From Rhodosorus marinus CCMP1338 (Eukaryota > Plantae > Rhodophyta): DNA of 64,000 bases. The notes under the pieces were generated by a model. That model was not told the DNA's origin, did not search any database, and worked only from the letters and a program-made list of their open reading frames with translations. Shown in pieces: positions 25,249-37,235 of this stretch (position 1 is its first letter; each line of letters opens with the position of its first letter). The position numbers and the translations under genes were made by a program. Location: positions 868,001 through 932,000 of the forward strand of contig JAMWBK010000009.1 of NCBI GenBank assembly GCA_029953675.1. Reading direction: 5' to 3'.

Positions 25249-26301
25249 TCAAACACAAGTAGCTGATGGGAACAGTGGATTGCGGTTAGTATCCTTGTAA
25301 ATAATGTATCGAGAAATTTCCTTCCCCAACGCTCCGAACCACTGGGGTACGAATGGAGCCATGTAGATGGCGTCACCTGCGGTAACGGGGATGTAGTCAT
25401 CTCCAAGCCGGTACACTCCCATACCGGTGAGAAGCAGCAACCCGTGCTGATTGTAGTGAACCTGTGACATCCGAGATATTAGTGAACAGACTGTGTCAAA
25501 TGTAACCGTCCAATTTGCGGGTGGCGCGGATCAATACCTCTTTGACGTTCAAGAACTCTCCGGGGTCAAAATCCATGACATGAATGTTAAAGTCGAAACT
25601 TTTCGACATGGGAAGAAGCCGTCGAAGCCGGAATACCTCACCATCGGGAACCTCCACTTGGATGTTGTCTTGATGATCTACGATTAGGGGTGGGACGCCC
25701 TCGCCCGCCACTAGCAGCGAAGTTGTGCAAGACAACTCAGTCAGATTAGCTTTCAAGCATCGCTTCTGCGTACTCTGGGTTATCTGGACCTACTCGATTG
25801 GTACTGTCGATCATAGACCAGAAAGACGGAGCTTTCTTTTATCGAGAAAATTGCATCGCTCTCACCCGCGGGAATGTAGGCGAATCCGCCGGGTTGCAGG
25901 CGTTTGTCGTTTGGGCCTACTACCTCGCCCTCAATAACGTATATGAACCTCTCAACATCTTGCAAAGATCCGCATCCCTTCACCTCAACTTCGGACGACG
26001 AGAACGCGAGATACATGGAAAAGTGGGACCCCATTGCCGGTGAAATCAGGCAGGCCGCCGCGATCCTCGGCCAACCGGGCAAGTCGGCATAGACGTGACT
26101 CTCCGGAGTAACGAGAGCATAATTATCTCGAACGACGCTCCTCGTAGCACCAGGAAGGCTTGAGAAGAAACTCCAAGATCGAGATCTCGACGCGCGGATT
26201 TGCTCGTACACAGTGGCATCGGCGGCAGCAAATACAGTTGCGTACCCGATGATCGCGAACACTAAAACCCATACCAAAGCTCTCAACTCCGTGGAGACCA
26301 T
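25249..26301 (-). CDS. UGLYAH: (S)-ureidoglycine aminohydrolase (bicupin); introns 25711-25793, 25462-25537
   Basis: [48 protein letters not shown] and MAPFVPQWF; N-terminal signal peptide. Confidence 0.93.
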
Positions 26302-26778
26302 GTTTAGCACTCGTCCCCGCGTGAGAGGTAGAATAGCATACTGAAACTCATGCACTCCGTAACATCCACTAGAAAAATTTGTAGAATAGTAGCGACACCC
26401 ATTCATCCCGCATGAACATAGGGCCTCTTGGACCCTCCCCCCAAGCCCCAAGTTGCGGTGGTCGCTTCCCTGAGAGGATTACAAACTTGTGCCAGCGCAA
26501 GGGTCAGGTGGGTCATCTGGTAAGGTAAGCGAACGGGTTACTGGAGGAAAGCCACTGCTGTGCGAAACTTGTCGAGCAGATGCAACGTGAACCAGAATCT
26601 AGCAAAACCATCATTCGTATGGGGATCAGCCTCAACTGAGAGTTGGGTTGCGCCAATGGCGTAAGTAAGTGTGTCCTCGTTCTTTCGAAGCTGTTTGATA
26701 ATTTAGTTAGTCCCACTGCATAAGAGTTTAAAATAGTGTACAGCGAAGTTTCCTTGTCGAAAGACATGTATTAACCGA

Positions 26779-28245
26779 CTATGGACCGCGCAGCGAGCTC
26801 TCATATTGCTTGAGCTGTGCGAGAAAGCCGCGATTGGGCTTCACAATGTCCCTCCTCTTCCTGACGTGTTTCAGGCTCTCCTCGAGCGTCCACCCGCGAC
26901 TCTTCATACCATAGGCAACCACCATACTTGCGCTTCGGCTGATGCCCCGCTGGCAGTGGACGAGGCATCTCGACCCGCGTCTCTCGGCCTGCATCATAAA
27001 GTCCACTGTATCGGGAATCCATTCGAGCAGGTTTTCTGATTCTCGATCCGCTACTGGCACTCGATGCTGGATGAAATCGTCGGATTCAATAGACGGAATC
27101 TCTTTCGTGACGTTCAAAATACAATCAATGCTGTTGGTCTCCAGCTCTTTCATGTTTCCAGCGTTCCACTCGGACCCCAAATACAGGAAATTGTCAAAGA
27201 CCTCTGAAGCTTCCTCCATTTGACCCATGACCATGATCATCTTTTCATCAATGAACCGTTTGTGCTCGGATCTGATCGTGCTTCCGAACTCCTCGTCAAC
27301 ACATCTATACACGTCTTTGCATGTTATCGTCTCCAGATCACATCCAACGAGAGCCCTTCTGATTGACTCCACGATAGCCGTCTTCGTTCGTCTGGATTCG
27401 GCATCATCAGGAATTGAATCTAAGCTGTTGATCGAAGATCCACAAGACTTGGACGATTCTTCTGCGTTCCCCTCGTAGAAATCCATACTCTCGACCGAAC
27501 CAACGTACTTTGAAAGCCATGTCCCTGTGCATCTGCTGACTTGCTCTTGCGGTGTTTTCCTCTCCAACAGCAACCGCAGAGAGTTGAATGCCATCCAGAG
27601 ACTCAACACGGAGGTCATATGTAGTCGGAGGGTCACTCTGCCATCATCAGACAGAGTTTGTAGGGCCAAAGACCCGGAACCCATCATGTAGACATCCCTC
27701 GCCTCTCCCAGAGGCACTATTGACCTGATTCTAAGCGGGGAGGTCTCCTTTTGGCAACTGGCTAGGATGAACACAGCTGCTTGGCAGGGATTAGCTGGCT
27801 CAGAAACAATCGCGATCACGGAAGGCCAGCTGAAGTCTCCACCTTGCCTGCTCACTATGGCCTCCCAAGCATGCTCGAGCGCCTCACGATCTGTAAGGCT
27901 CTCTCGCAGAGCCTCCACTGTATGCGAAAATGAGTCAAAATTATGCCGCACACTATCAGTGCTATCCACAGCGCAGCTACTCACGCTCATGCTTAATCCC
28001 GATTTCAGAGAATGGTTGCTGTTCTCGCTAAAGCTCGGCTCATCAAACTTCTTCACCATGACCTCGAAATCAGTCTGTGAATGCTGACGTGTTTTTGACG
28101 ATTTTTCCGCAGGTGCGGTGAATCTCTTTTTCCTTTGTGATTTCACGGTATGATGCTCCGAAAATCTTGCTTGCATTCTTCTCACCAGCCCTTCACTACC
28201 ACTGGGACCATGATCGGTCCCAGGAGAAAAAATCCCCGCTTTCAT
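26779..28245 (-). CDS. Slingshot-like dual-specificity phosphatase (SSH-N-like + DEK_C + DSP); intronless
   Basis: Active site VHCQRGISRSAS, LYLGSEWNA, DEK_C-like DLETITCKDVY..FIDEKMIMVMGQM, and PNRGFLAQL. Confidence 0.88.
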   Translation of the reverse strand: MKAGIFSPGTDHGPSGSEGLVRRMQARFSEHHTVKSQRKKRFTAPAEKSSKTRQHSQTDFEVMVKKFDEPSFSENSNHSLKSGLSMSVSSCAVDSTDSVRHNFDSFSHTVEALRESLTDREALEHAWEAIVSRQGGDFSWPSVIAIVSEPANPCQAAVFILASCQKETSPLRIRSIVPLGEARDVYMMGSGSLALQTLSDDGRVTLRLHMTSVLSLWMAFNSLRLLLERKTPQEQVSRCTGTWLSKYVGSVESMDFYEGNAEESSKSCGSSINSLDSIPDDAESRRTKTAIVESIRRALVGCDLETITCKDVYRCVDEEFGSTIRSEHKRFIDEKMIMVMGQMEEASEVFDNFLYLGSEWNAGNMKELETNSIDCILNVTKEIPSIESDDFIQHRVPVADRESENLLEWIPDTVDFMMQAERRGSRCLVHCQRGISRSASMVVAYGMKSRGWTLEESLKHVRKRRDIVKPNRGFLAQLKQYESSLRGP

Positions 28246-29390
28246 GACCAACTGTTGCAGGGTAGTCAACTCGTTGTTCTTAGAACTGGCCCGCCTTTAT
28301 CCCCGAAGAGCACTTCCATTCATCGAAACGCCAACACATCGATTTCCGTTTGACAAGTGCCAGCCCAGGTCACAATCACAGACCACAGCTCCAACACTAC
28401 AACTTCTAACACCCCCCAAAAAAAAACATGATTCCTGCCCCCTCAGACTGCACGACCTCTTCCTCAACCCAAACCCTCTTCATATTTTGGCATCCACAGT
28501 GTCTTCCCCGAGACAATCCTCCTTCGCTTCTCCACAAGTATTCCAATCCCGTTCCCTAAATGAGAAATTGGATCAAATAGTCGATAGTTTCATGTAATCT
28601 TCAATTTCAATGGATTTTGGCAAAACTTCTGTTCAACAGAGTGGCAAAACTGTTTGTGTTTTTTTTGGTAATTCGTTCGTTTTTTGTTTTGTTCTATGGT
28701 TTTTTTTCAACAATTGGCAAACATTTTTTTTGAGACGATAAGAAATCTTTATTGGACAAAGAGAATTTTTGAACGAGTAACTCATTGGATAAAAAATTGC
28801 TATTGAATTTATCTTGAAAATATCCAATTTTTGGATGGATCCTTGTTATTTTGTTCCGTAGTTCACGAAGTTGGGATTGGATGTTTTTCAGCACTCAAAC
28901 CTAAGGGGTGATCTATTAGCCCAAGTAATGGGCGTTATCGTTAAAATTTATTTCTTAGGTAGTAAAATAGGAAAGGTTCCGCTCGCTCGTATCACCCCTC
29001 AGGTTCGTTTGGGTAATATGTAAACCAAACTTGGAGACAATCTAATTTTATTAACATTAAGAAAATTATGTTTGTCAGCTTCTTAACGTCACAGGAACCA
29101 ATCATGCTCTGTTGATCAAGGTTTATAAGTAATAATAGTTTAAAAACAATTATTTTGATTTCTTTCATTCGGACAGCTGTTCAAAATTTTCTATTCATTG
29201 AGGTCGATGTAGATGAGAAATCCGTCCGTTGTACTTTTTCTCAAATACAATTAACTTTGTTAGATCAGAAAGTGACACAGAAACTACATACTTACAAAGA
29301 CCAAAACCGAATAGAATTAGGAGGGTCTCTTTTTGGGGGTGGGGTTAGTCGATCTGTTTTTCTTTGGTTTTCAATACTTTACCATTGGAT

Positions 29391-31000
29391 TGTTATCACA
29401 AAAAGGGGTTTAGCCGGTGGGCGTGTAGCCTACTGAAAAGTGGTGTGTGAAGGTGTCTTAATCATCTTAATCACCTTCACACCCTTGCCCTCTGGGCTGC
29501 TGGCACTTTTCTTCTACGCCTGAAGTTTTGATCTGTGGACTCTCAACCCCGGAGGAGACGATGTGGTGGGGGGACCCCCCAATTTTATGTGTAACCTCTT
29601 GAGTCTGCAATAGACTCGACGCAACCATTGGCACGCAAGTTTACGTCTACATCCGTTCAACCATGTTGCGACCAACTTTCCCGTCTTCGTACACCTTTGT
29701 ATGAAGCGTGGACCCTACCACATACAAATTTCTTGTCCGTGGTTACTCCCAAGCCCTCGCTGAGTACTGTCGCATCATAACCGATGTCAACGGCGAGTGG
29801 CTCACGCCATGGAGTCAATGGGTCCTTTTTCCCATGATTGATTGCCCTAGGAAGATTCTTGCTGAAAATGACAGCCTCAGGGCGCTTCCAGATGTGGATT
29901 CAACATCAGTTTGGATTGCGGAAATAAACTACGGCTTTCCCCCAGGCCGGAACTGGTGGAGTTGCATATGCTTTGGGATGGCTTCTAATTATTCATCGCG
30001 AGCATGAAGTGGCCTACAGTCGCCCGAACCCTTTGTTCTGCTTTGTCTGGAATTGGTTCTGTCAGACTCACGGACAATTTTGAAAGTGGAAAGCTGATTG
30101 CACTTGTCCTCGAGATTAGAATAGCCTCCGGGACTTTCAGGAGGACTTCCTGAACTGGACTACAGCTTCTGCGGATCGAATTCCTTAGCTGGAACCCTTA
30201 AGGACCCTTAGGAGCTGCTGGCTAACCACGTGTTTGATTGGAATGGGGTTTCTGTGACGAGTCGGGGCTGCATGGAGGATGGGAGACATGGACTCTGAAC
30301 TTGATACTTGATACTCTTGGAATTACTTCTCTGGAATCTTTCCGGTTCAATAAGTATTGTTGAATTGCCAGATTATTCTCTGTTACCTTGTAGTACCTTC
30401 ATTTTCACCAAGGTTGAGGTTGTCTTGTTGCTCGACGAAGGCGGGAACTCTCCGGTTTCTCCTTCAGTTGCCATCAACATAAACCCTGATGCCAGCCATC
30501 TAGAATAGTCTGAGAGCTTGAGGGGGGTTGGATACACCTTACTGTACCCGAGCTCCTGGATTCGTAATCATTGCAAGTCCATGAACCTTTCTCTATAGAT
30601 ATAGCGCTCCCAATTTTTGTGTCCCATTCTCGTTTGTCCCAGTCAAACGAGAATGGGGTTGGCTGGGGGGGAAGCCTCAACTTCATTATGCGGCCGGTGA
30701 ACTAACGACTACGAGCCCAGCGTGAGCCGGAATAAGCTCCGTTCAATAACAATCATATCACAACTAGATCTCGGATCTGGGGCTCTCTTCGATTCCAGCT
30801 AGTTGCCTTCGCACCCCGAATGCAAACATTCGCACACACCGCAGCACGCGCCTCAGACACTCTTGAGCTGATCGGATGAGCACACCTTTTCAAAGCTGTT
30901 CGAAGTGAGGGCTCATGCTAGCACTATTTTGGGTCTTCTTAACTATATGTGCTCCCGAACTACTAGCCCAACTTTCTTCTTCCGCTATGAGACCCGTTCG
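29391..31000. other. Gene-free decayed region (possible TE remnant) containing two perfect inverted repeats
   Basis: No assemblable gene, and stop-rich frames. Stems at 29445-29482 and 30623-30657. Confidence 0.35.
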
Positions 31001-31127
31001 CAAATGGCGCCGGTGTAGATTGGGCTGAATGACTAGTCATCCATTCGGAGAACGGTTGAGGGCGATTGCGGAAGGCAGATGTTTTTTTTGATGAGTATCT
31101 TCGGATGAGGCCGCTGTTGGGATTAAC

Positions 31128-31706
31128 ATGAAGCATCCGATTGCAAGAAGGAGCTTCAATGATCGTTCAACGATCCGAGCACTGCACAGTCACGATTCCC
31201 GGACGAACGTGCTCGTGGCGCAGGCTGTTGAGCCCTCTCGATCTCAGGTCTATTCGATCCTCGAGAAGATCGGCGATGCCCTGGAGAGAGGTACGAAGGT
31301 TGTTGATGGTGGCACAAAAGCAGTAGGCAAGGTATTTTCCTTTCTTCCCCCGTTGTCGATCGGAATCGGATTTGGGACTGGTTGTGGTGTGGGAATTGGT
31401 TGGAGCTTCCAGCAGGTCCGAAGAGAAGGGCTTATTTCGCCACCGAGAGTGCGTAGAGCCTGAAAGCTTTGCTTGGGCGTTGTCCTCTTTCAGGCATTAA
31501 CTGACAGGTTAGAGGCTCTCGTCATGTTTTAGTATTTTGCCGGTTGCGGAGCTGGGATCGGAGTTGGACTAGGAGTGGGACAGGGTTTCGGACGAAATCT
31601 CAGCCGAGATAATCGTCCGGAATACTTGCAACCTAAAGACCCTGGACAGATTGAGAGCGAAATAAGGGCTTTCTTCTTGAAGTTGTTCGGCCGCAGCAAG
31701 GAGTAG
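31128..31706 (+). CDS. Small glycine-rich membrane protein (GIGFGTGCGVGIGW / GCGAGIGVGLGVGQGFG), spliced
   Basis: Two Gly-rich hydrophobic segments lie on either side of an intron whose exact boundaries are unresolved. Stop TAG at 31704-31706. Confidence 0.6.
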
Positions 31707-31764
31707 CTCGGACGCGAGTTGGCGCGTTCAGCGATTCGCTCGCTCCTCTCGGTCGTACCCATAG

Positions 31765-32100
31765 ATGGTGGACGGAGCAGCAGGCAAGAATGAGGGTACT
31801 TCGAAGTCACACGTGCTTCGCGGAGGTTCCGACGGTTCGTTTAATGTCGGTGATGCGATAGACTCCTTTCCGTAAGCGCCCTGATCGAAACTCAAAACTG
31901 AATGCCTTTCAGCTGATATAATCTGCTTGAATTCTCCCTTTTTCCTCGTATCGAGCAGTTGTCGTGACGCCTACCTGGCGCTAGAGGAGTGCCTTGGTGA
32001 AAACGATCGCGACTGGACAAAGTGTCAGGTCCAGGTACGCGACCTTCGCGCGTGCCATGAAAAGAAAACACACGAAAACGACTCGAAAAGCAAAGCCTGA
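31765..32100 (+). CDS. COA4: Twin CX9C mitochondrial protein, COA4/Cmc3-like; intron 31872-31955 (absent from ORF track)
   Basis: Spliced product ...DSFP|SCRDAYLALEECLGENDRDWTKCQVQVRDLRACHEK with CX9C-CX9C spacing. Confidence 0.8.
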
Positions 32101-32884
32101 AGCAACAAGCAGGAGGGAAGAGTTTATAGCTAGAGGATCTAGTAAAGCAAGATCATTGATCCCTTCATATTCCAAGGAGACCATAAGTTGCTACTTCAGG
32201 CCCTCGACCATCTTCGCCTAAGCTTGAGAAGCTTCAAGAAGCTAGATGGACTATTCGATACTAGAATTTGCTTGGTAGAAATCTTTTAAAGAAAGCAAAC
32301 GCGCAACCTCAGCACATCCCGAGATCCTCAGAATCATCTGACTTCACAGCACGCCAGTAACATCAACAGGGGTTAACCGAGGTCTCGAGAAGGAGACAAG
32401 GGCAGCGGCATGGCGAAGCCAAAAGCTCAAGCTTTGGACACTAATCCTAGCTCTTCTCGAGAGCCCAATTGTCCACTGAAGAGGTGCCGCAGGCGTTTGG
32501 GTGAAACTGTCCATAAGCTTCTACAGCTCTCGGAAGAACCTCGTCCCTTTCCCTTTTCCCCGGCAACCTTGGCGCTGGAAATCGCGTCACACGAATCAAG
32601 GCACTGCTCGGATGAACAGAAAATCCGGACAAGCCGAGTCTACAGCAATTTTCGAATCAACCAGTCCGAAGAGCCTTTGGGCATCCTCTGGCTTTGGCAG
32701 CTCCCCCTTTTTGAAGGAGGTAAGCTGCACTTAGCCAAGCACAGAGCACTCGTTGGAAACGTTGAAGCTTGGGGGAGATCTTTCGGACCGCAAAGGTTTG
32801 GTACTGGTAACGTTCCTGGGGAGCGCTGTTTATCATCAAGCCAGTACAAAGTTTTCGATCGTCATAATAGAAATCCGAACCACA

Positions 32885-33735
32885 ATGGGTGAATCGATTC
32901 TCAATGCTCTGGTGATTGTGCTGGTGAGTATCTGTGCGAACTTGGTGAGTGAAGGTAGGCGTTGTTTTGCAAAAGCCTCAGTTCTGTGGATCTATCTTCC
33001 TCTGTTTGGATCTTTTTCGTTTTGTGATGGGCGGCTGAACTAGAGGAATTGACGGACGTGGATGTCTCAGGAATTTCGTGGATTTTTGTATACCGAACGG
33101 ATTCTTTCAAGCAGAGCAAAGTGCGACTCAACGAGTTGAATAAGAGACGTAAGTTGGCGGCAAATGCTCTGTGATCCGCTTTCAAAGAGTTAATGTAGTC
33201 AATCGATGCACCCAACTGTGCGCATGTTTTTCTTTGTTGCAGTTGAGAAAGAGGAAGCAACTCTGGTTGGACTTGAGAAACGGAAAACCCAGGAGAAGAA
33301 GATAGAGCGCTACAACGAAGACATAAAGAAAGCAACTTCCCAATTGAATGGCTCAAGGTTCAAGGTTAATATCGGGATATCGTTGCTTCTGATGGGTGTG
33401 TACCGCCTCATCAGCTTTATATTTTACGGAAAAGCGGTAGCAACCCTCCCATTTGAACCCATACCATACCTGCGAGGTAAGCTGTTAGGGCAGAAAAGCT
33501 CGACCGGATGGTCCCCCAAACTAACCATGGAAAGGAACGTTTTATGATACTGCCAGGGATGACCCACAGAGGGCTTGAAGGAGACAATTTCCGCGAGTGC
33601 TCCTTCGCATTTATTTATGCGATGTGCACGATGGCTTTCAAGGGGACTCTACAGAAAGCCCTCGGACAATCTGCCCCTCGCAACACGTACGATTACATGA
33701 AGAACATGGAGAAAGACAGTATGTTTTCGAGGTAA
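32885..33735 (+). CDS. TMCO1: TMCO1 (EMC3/TMCO1, DUF106) ER membrane protein; 4 exons
   Basis: Assembled: VSE|GISWIFVYRTDSFK..|LEKEE..ATLPFEPI..R|GMTHRGLEGDNFRECSFAFIYAMC..QKALG..P. Confidence 0.9.
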
Positions 33736-34953
33736 TATTAAAATCTGGTTGTACGGCCAACTTTTGCAGTCTTAGAGCTCCGACGCTGAGACCGCAGCAT
33801 TGAAGAGATCCAAACCGCGCCGAAAACGGTGCTCTAAAGCATCGACTGAGAGGGGATCGAAATTGCCTTGACGTTCTCACGACCTGCAGAGGGCCCCTTC
33901 CAGTGAGTCGATCATCTGCTAGTCCAGCATCTTTTGAGCAACCAAGTCAAGCCATTCGACAGGCAGGTGACCAAAACAAGGCCCCAGTCCCCAACTGTGC
34001 ATAGCCACAGATCTTGTCACCCACCACTGCATCCAGAAATGTCAAAAGAACCCAGCGTATTGATCATGGCAAAAAATTGGCGAAAGGCAAACCCTCCTAT
34101 GAGGAAATCAATCCGCATTTGTTTCAAGGACGCTTCAATCAGACAGGCTTGCATGCATAGCCATAGCAAGCGTTTTGTCCGTTCACAAAGATGAGGAAAT
34201 GCCAGTACACGTCCGGTTTAAGTACGCGACTTGCTCCCAAAGTTCTCAATACCCGCCGACATCCACATCAGCCAAAATAAAAATGACTGATAAGTCAGTC
34301 ATTTTAAAATCCACAGCCAAGTAATGAGTCACAAGTGTCTTTAATTATCCAATGAAACCATAGAAAGTTTAGGATTTCAACGAATAATATAGATACGCGT
34401 GTTATTTCTATTTTCTTGTGGAATTCTGTTTCTTTGTCGTCGGCGACGGGGCTGGGCTTTCAAGATGGTTGGATTGTATTTTTGGTTATTTTGGGGACTA
34501 TTTTCACTGTGAAGGATTTTGGGAGGTTTGCATAGATTGTTTTTTCCAGGTGGAAACGGCGTTTGTGATGAGAGGGAAGGAAGTGGGATGAAACACTGTG
34601 GTGCGGTGGGGGAAGCGAGAGAGGAGTGACGAGGCTTGTGGTTAGGTTTAGTTTTTGTTTTGAAGGAGGCTGGTGTTTTGGTTACCTGGTAAGTCTGGAT
34701 TAATGCTCCAAGCATCCACTGGTTTCGGATTTTTGTATTCCGGTTGGATGTTGTGCTGTTTTGTTCTTTCGGTTGGAGTGGTGGAGGTTTTGCTTTTGTC
34801 CGAATAGACGATCGAGTTTTCTTGAAGTTCTTGAGGCCTGCGTGGTTTTTTTTTTTGTCCTGTGAAGTCAGTTTTGTGTGGTGTCGTGTGGTGTGATTTG
34901 TGACTGATTCGTCGGACTTTTCTTGTTTGTTTGTTGTTTAGCAATCTGCGAAT

Positions 34954-35216
34954 ATGGGTCACTCTAACGTGTGGTATTCTCATCCGAGAAATAATGGAAA
35001 GGGAGCGAGGCAGTGCCGAGTTTGCGCCTCAAGGTCAGGTATCATCAGAAAGTATCAGATTGATATCTGTCGTCGCTGCTTCCGGGAAAATGCGGAGAAG
35101 ATTGGATTCCACAAGGTAGGAAATTGCAACTACATCCGCAGAGACGCGCTCCTTGGATCATTTGGATCTGTCGTTCTGAGTTTTTGAGTGCTTGTGTCCC
35201 ATTGCAGTACCGGTAA
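34954..35216 (+). CDS. RPS29: 40S ribosomal protein S29 (uS14); intron 35116-35207
   Basis: [42 protein letters not shown]|YR*. Confidence 0.97.
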
Positions 35217-35643
35217 ACGCGCACGGAGTCCATGTTGTATCTGACGCACTGCTAGAAACGCTGATCTGAAGTTGAGAGAATGAATAAACTCTATTTGAAA
35301 TTCATCTTAAACTACGAAGTCCCCAATGGGAAAGTGAAACGAGTTCTGATAGCAGCTCTACATGCCTCAAACAATCGTTGACTCGGCTTGCAGTTTGCTG
35401 GTCTCCATCATAGCTGATAGGAAGGTCTTGATATGCCTGTCGGAATTATTTTAGCCCACGGGATTGCTTCTCCAGGTTTAACCGAACGCTCACATGAGGA
35501 ACAGCTTAACGGAAAGGCTGGGCAGTTTGTTTTTGTCAATTGCAATAGTTCTTTTAATACTGGTTAGTTTCCCTGAAAATTCCGAGTTGTTTTCTCCCCG
35601 ATCGTGTCCACGCCTTCCAGATTGTTTCACTAGGAAGATGTGT

Positions 35644-37235
35644 TCATTCTCCCTCACTTGATCCATACAGAGATATTTCATCTGCCTGTTCAGGGAGATC
35701 TTGCCCTATTCCGTCGATGGCTACTTGCGGGAGAAGATCTTTTGTCGGATTCAGGCGCTCAAAGAATCTTGCTCCATTTCCATAGTGGAGATTCTTGCTC
35801 TTCTTCAGCACGCTTTTGACGTCTGCCGGCGGCGGTATCCGTGGTGGGTCCTTCACGTCAGTCTCGGAGGTATTCTGGGTTTGCTCTTGGTCATGGAAGC
35901 GCCCCTGGTCAACGACTTTTCGGCTATCGAACAGCCGGGATGAGGGGGCAACAAAGCCATTGAGGGCTGGGCGCGTAGTCTTGGTCGCTGACTTGAAAAA
36001 TTGTTGAGTGTGAAAGTCACATTTCTCTCCTGCAGGAGCACGAAATATCTTAACGTTAGAAAGACCGGAGCAGCGACGGTCCAGGGTGGGTCTGAAGCTC
36101 GTACCGGTGCGTTTGTCGAGCCAGGTTGTACAATTGTGAGCTAAACATCTTCCAAAGTCTTTCGATTCTCCTAGCACCAAAATCTGTTGAGGGACGTTGA
36201 TGAAGAGCCCCATCCCAGATTTTCCTTTGATTGTATTGTCCGAAATCGATCCATTCACTACGGCAAGAATAGTGCCAGCATTCAGCGCCTCCGCCCGACG
36301 GGCTGCTTTGTTAAGTGCGTGAACTGGCATGTTCGTCCTCTTTCCTCGAGCCGCCAGATCCGACAAGTAAATTGTAGTGTACCTGCGCCCGGTGATCAGA
36401 GACCCTTGTCAACGACTACTTTAACAATGAAAAACGCATTCAAATTGTATCCATTCTGCTTTGATGTGCATGCTTACGGGGACCCTTTCTTCGATTCTTT
36501 CTTTTGTAACACGCTCACAATGCAGCCTACTACAAGGGTGCTCTGCTCAGGGCTTCTCATAAGCCGATCATAGTCGCGCTCCAACTCAGCAGTGGTACGT
36601 GGATTGCATTCACATCTATGGAGGGAGCACGTGAAGGCTTTAGGTGAGTGAACGACTGCACCAAGCTGACCGGAACGTGCTCAAGCGGAGGTTTGGCGTG
36701 ACTTACGCAAGCCTCTCGTACTTGTCCTCAGCGACTAGCCATCTGGATAAGCGGAGCGAATGCACGTTGCCGGCGACTTGACCGTCTTGGGTAGTAGATC
36801 TTACTTCCTCAGCAGATTTTATTAGCTTCTGTGAACCGGGATGTTGGACAATTCAGAACGGAGAAGAGTATTCCTTGTGTCCTCTTGGGCCTACCTTACC
36901 TGTTTCGATGCAAGTGCCGGACGTTGGCCGGGATGCTTTCTCTTCTTTCCGACCCCGGGACGACCCATCCAAGAACCCTCTGTCACCCTGTTGCCAGCGA
37001 TTCTTTTCCTCAAAAGATCTGCCCTTTCGGATCTCTTCTCTTTGTCCAGCGAGCTCAATGCCACTATTCTCTGCCTCCTGACTTCGTCGAAGCTCGCGGA
37101 GGTTTCGTCAACCGGTTCCCCCACCAAATCCTCCTCCACATCCTCCACCGCATCGTCATTTTTATCGCACAGGGACAGAACCAGAGCGGCATCTGCAGAA
37201 AAATTGTATTCATCTCCTTCCCCCATTTTGCCCAC
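35644..37235 (-). CDS. MCM10: Mcm10 replication factor (OB-fold + CCCH zinc finger); several introns
   Basis: Assembled VVGCIVSVLQKKESKKGSP|YTTIYLSDL and LVLGESKDFGRC..C..WLDKRTG..CDFH. Some exon boundaries are approximate. Confidence 0.8.

Noticed and set aside
28560-29440. Organelle-derived (NUPT/NUMT) insert
   Set aside because: AT-rich, but no recognisable plastid or mitochondrial gene; it fits a promoter island.
29391-31000. Fanzor/TnpB or IS200/605-like element suggested by the hairpins
   Set aside because: No RuvC (D..E..D, DxNAAxNI), zinc-finger or Y1 transposase motifs in the frames I translated.
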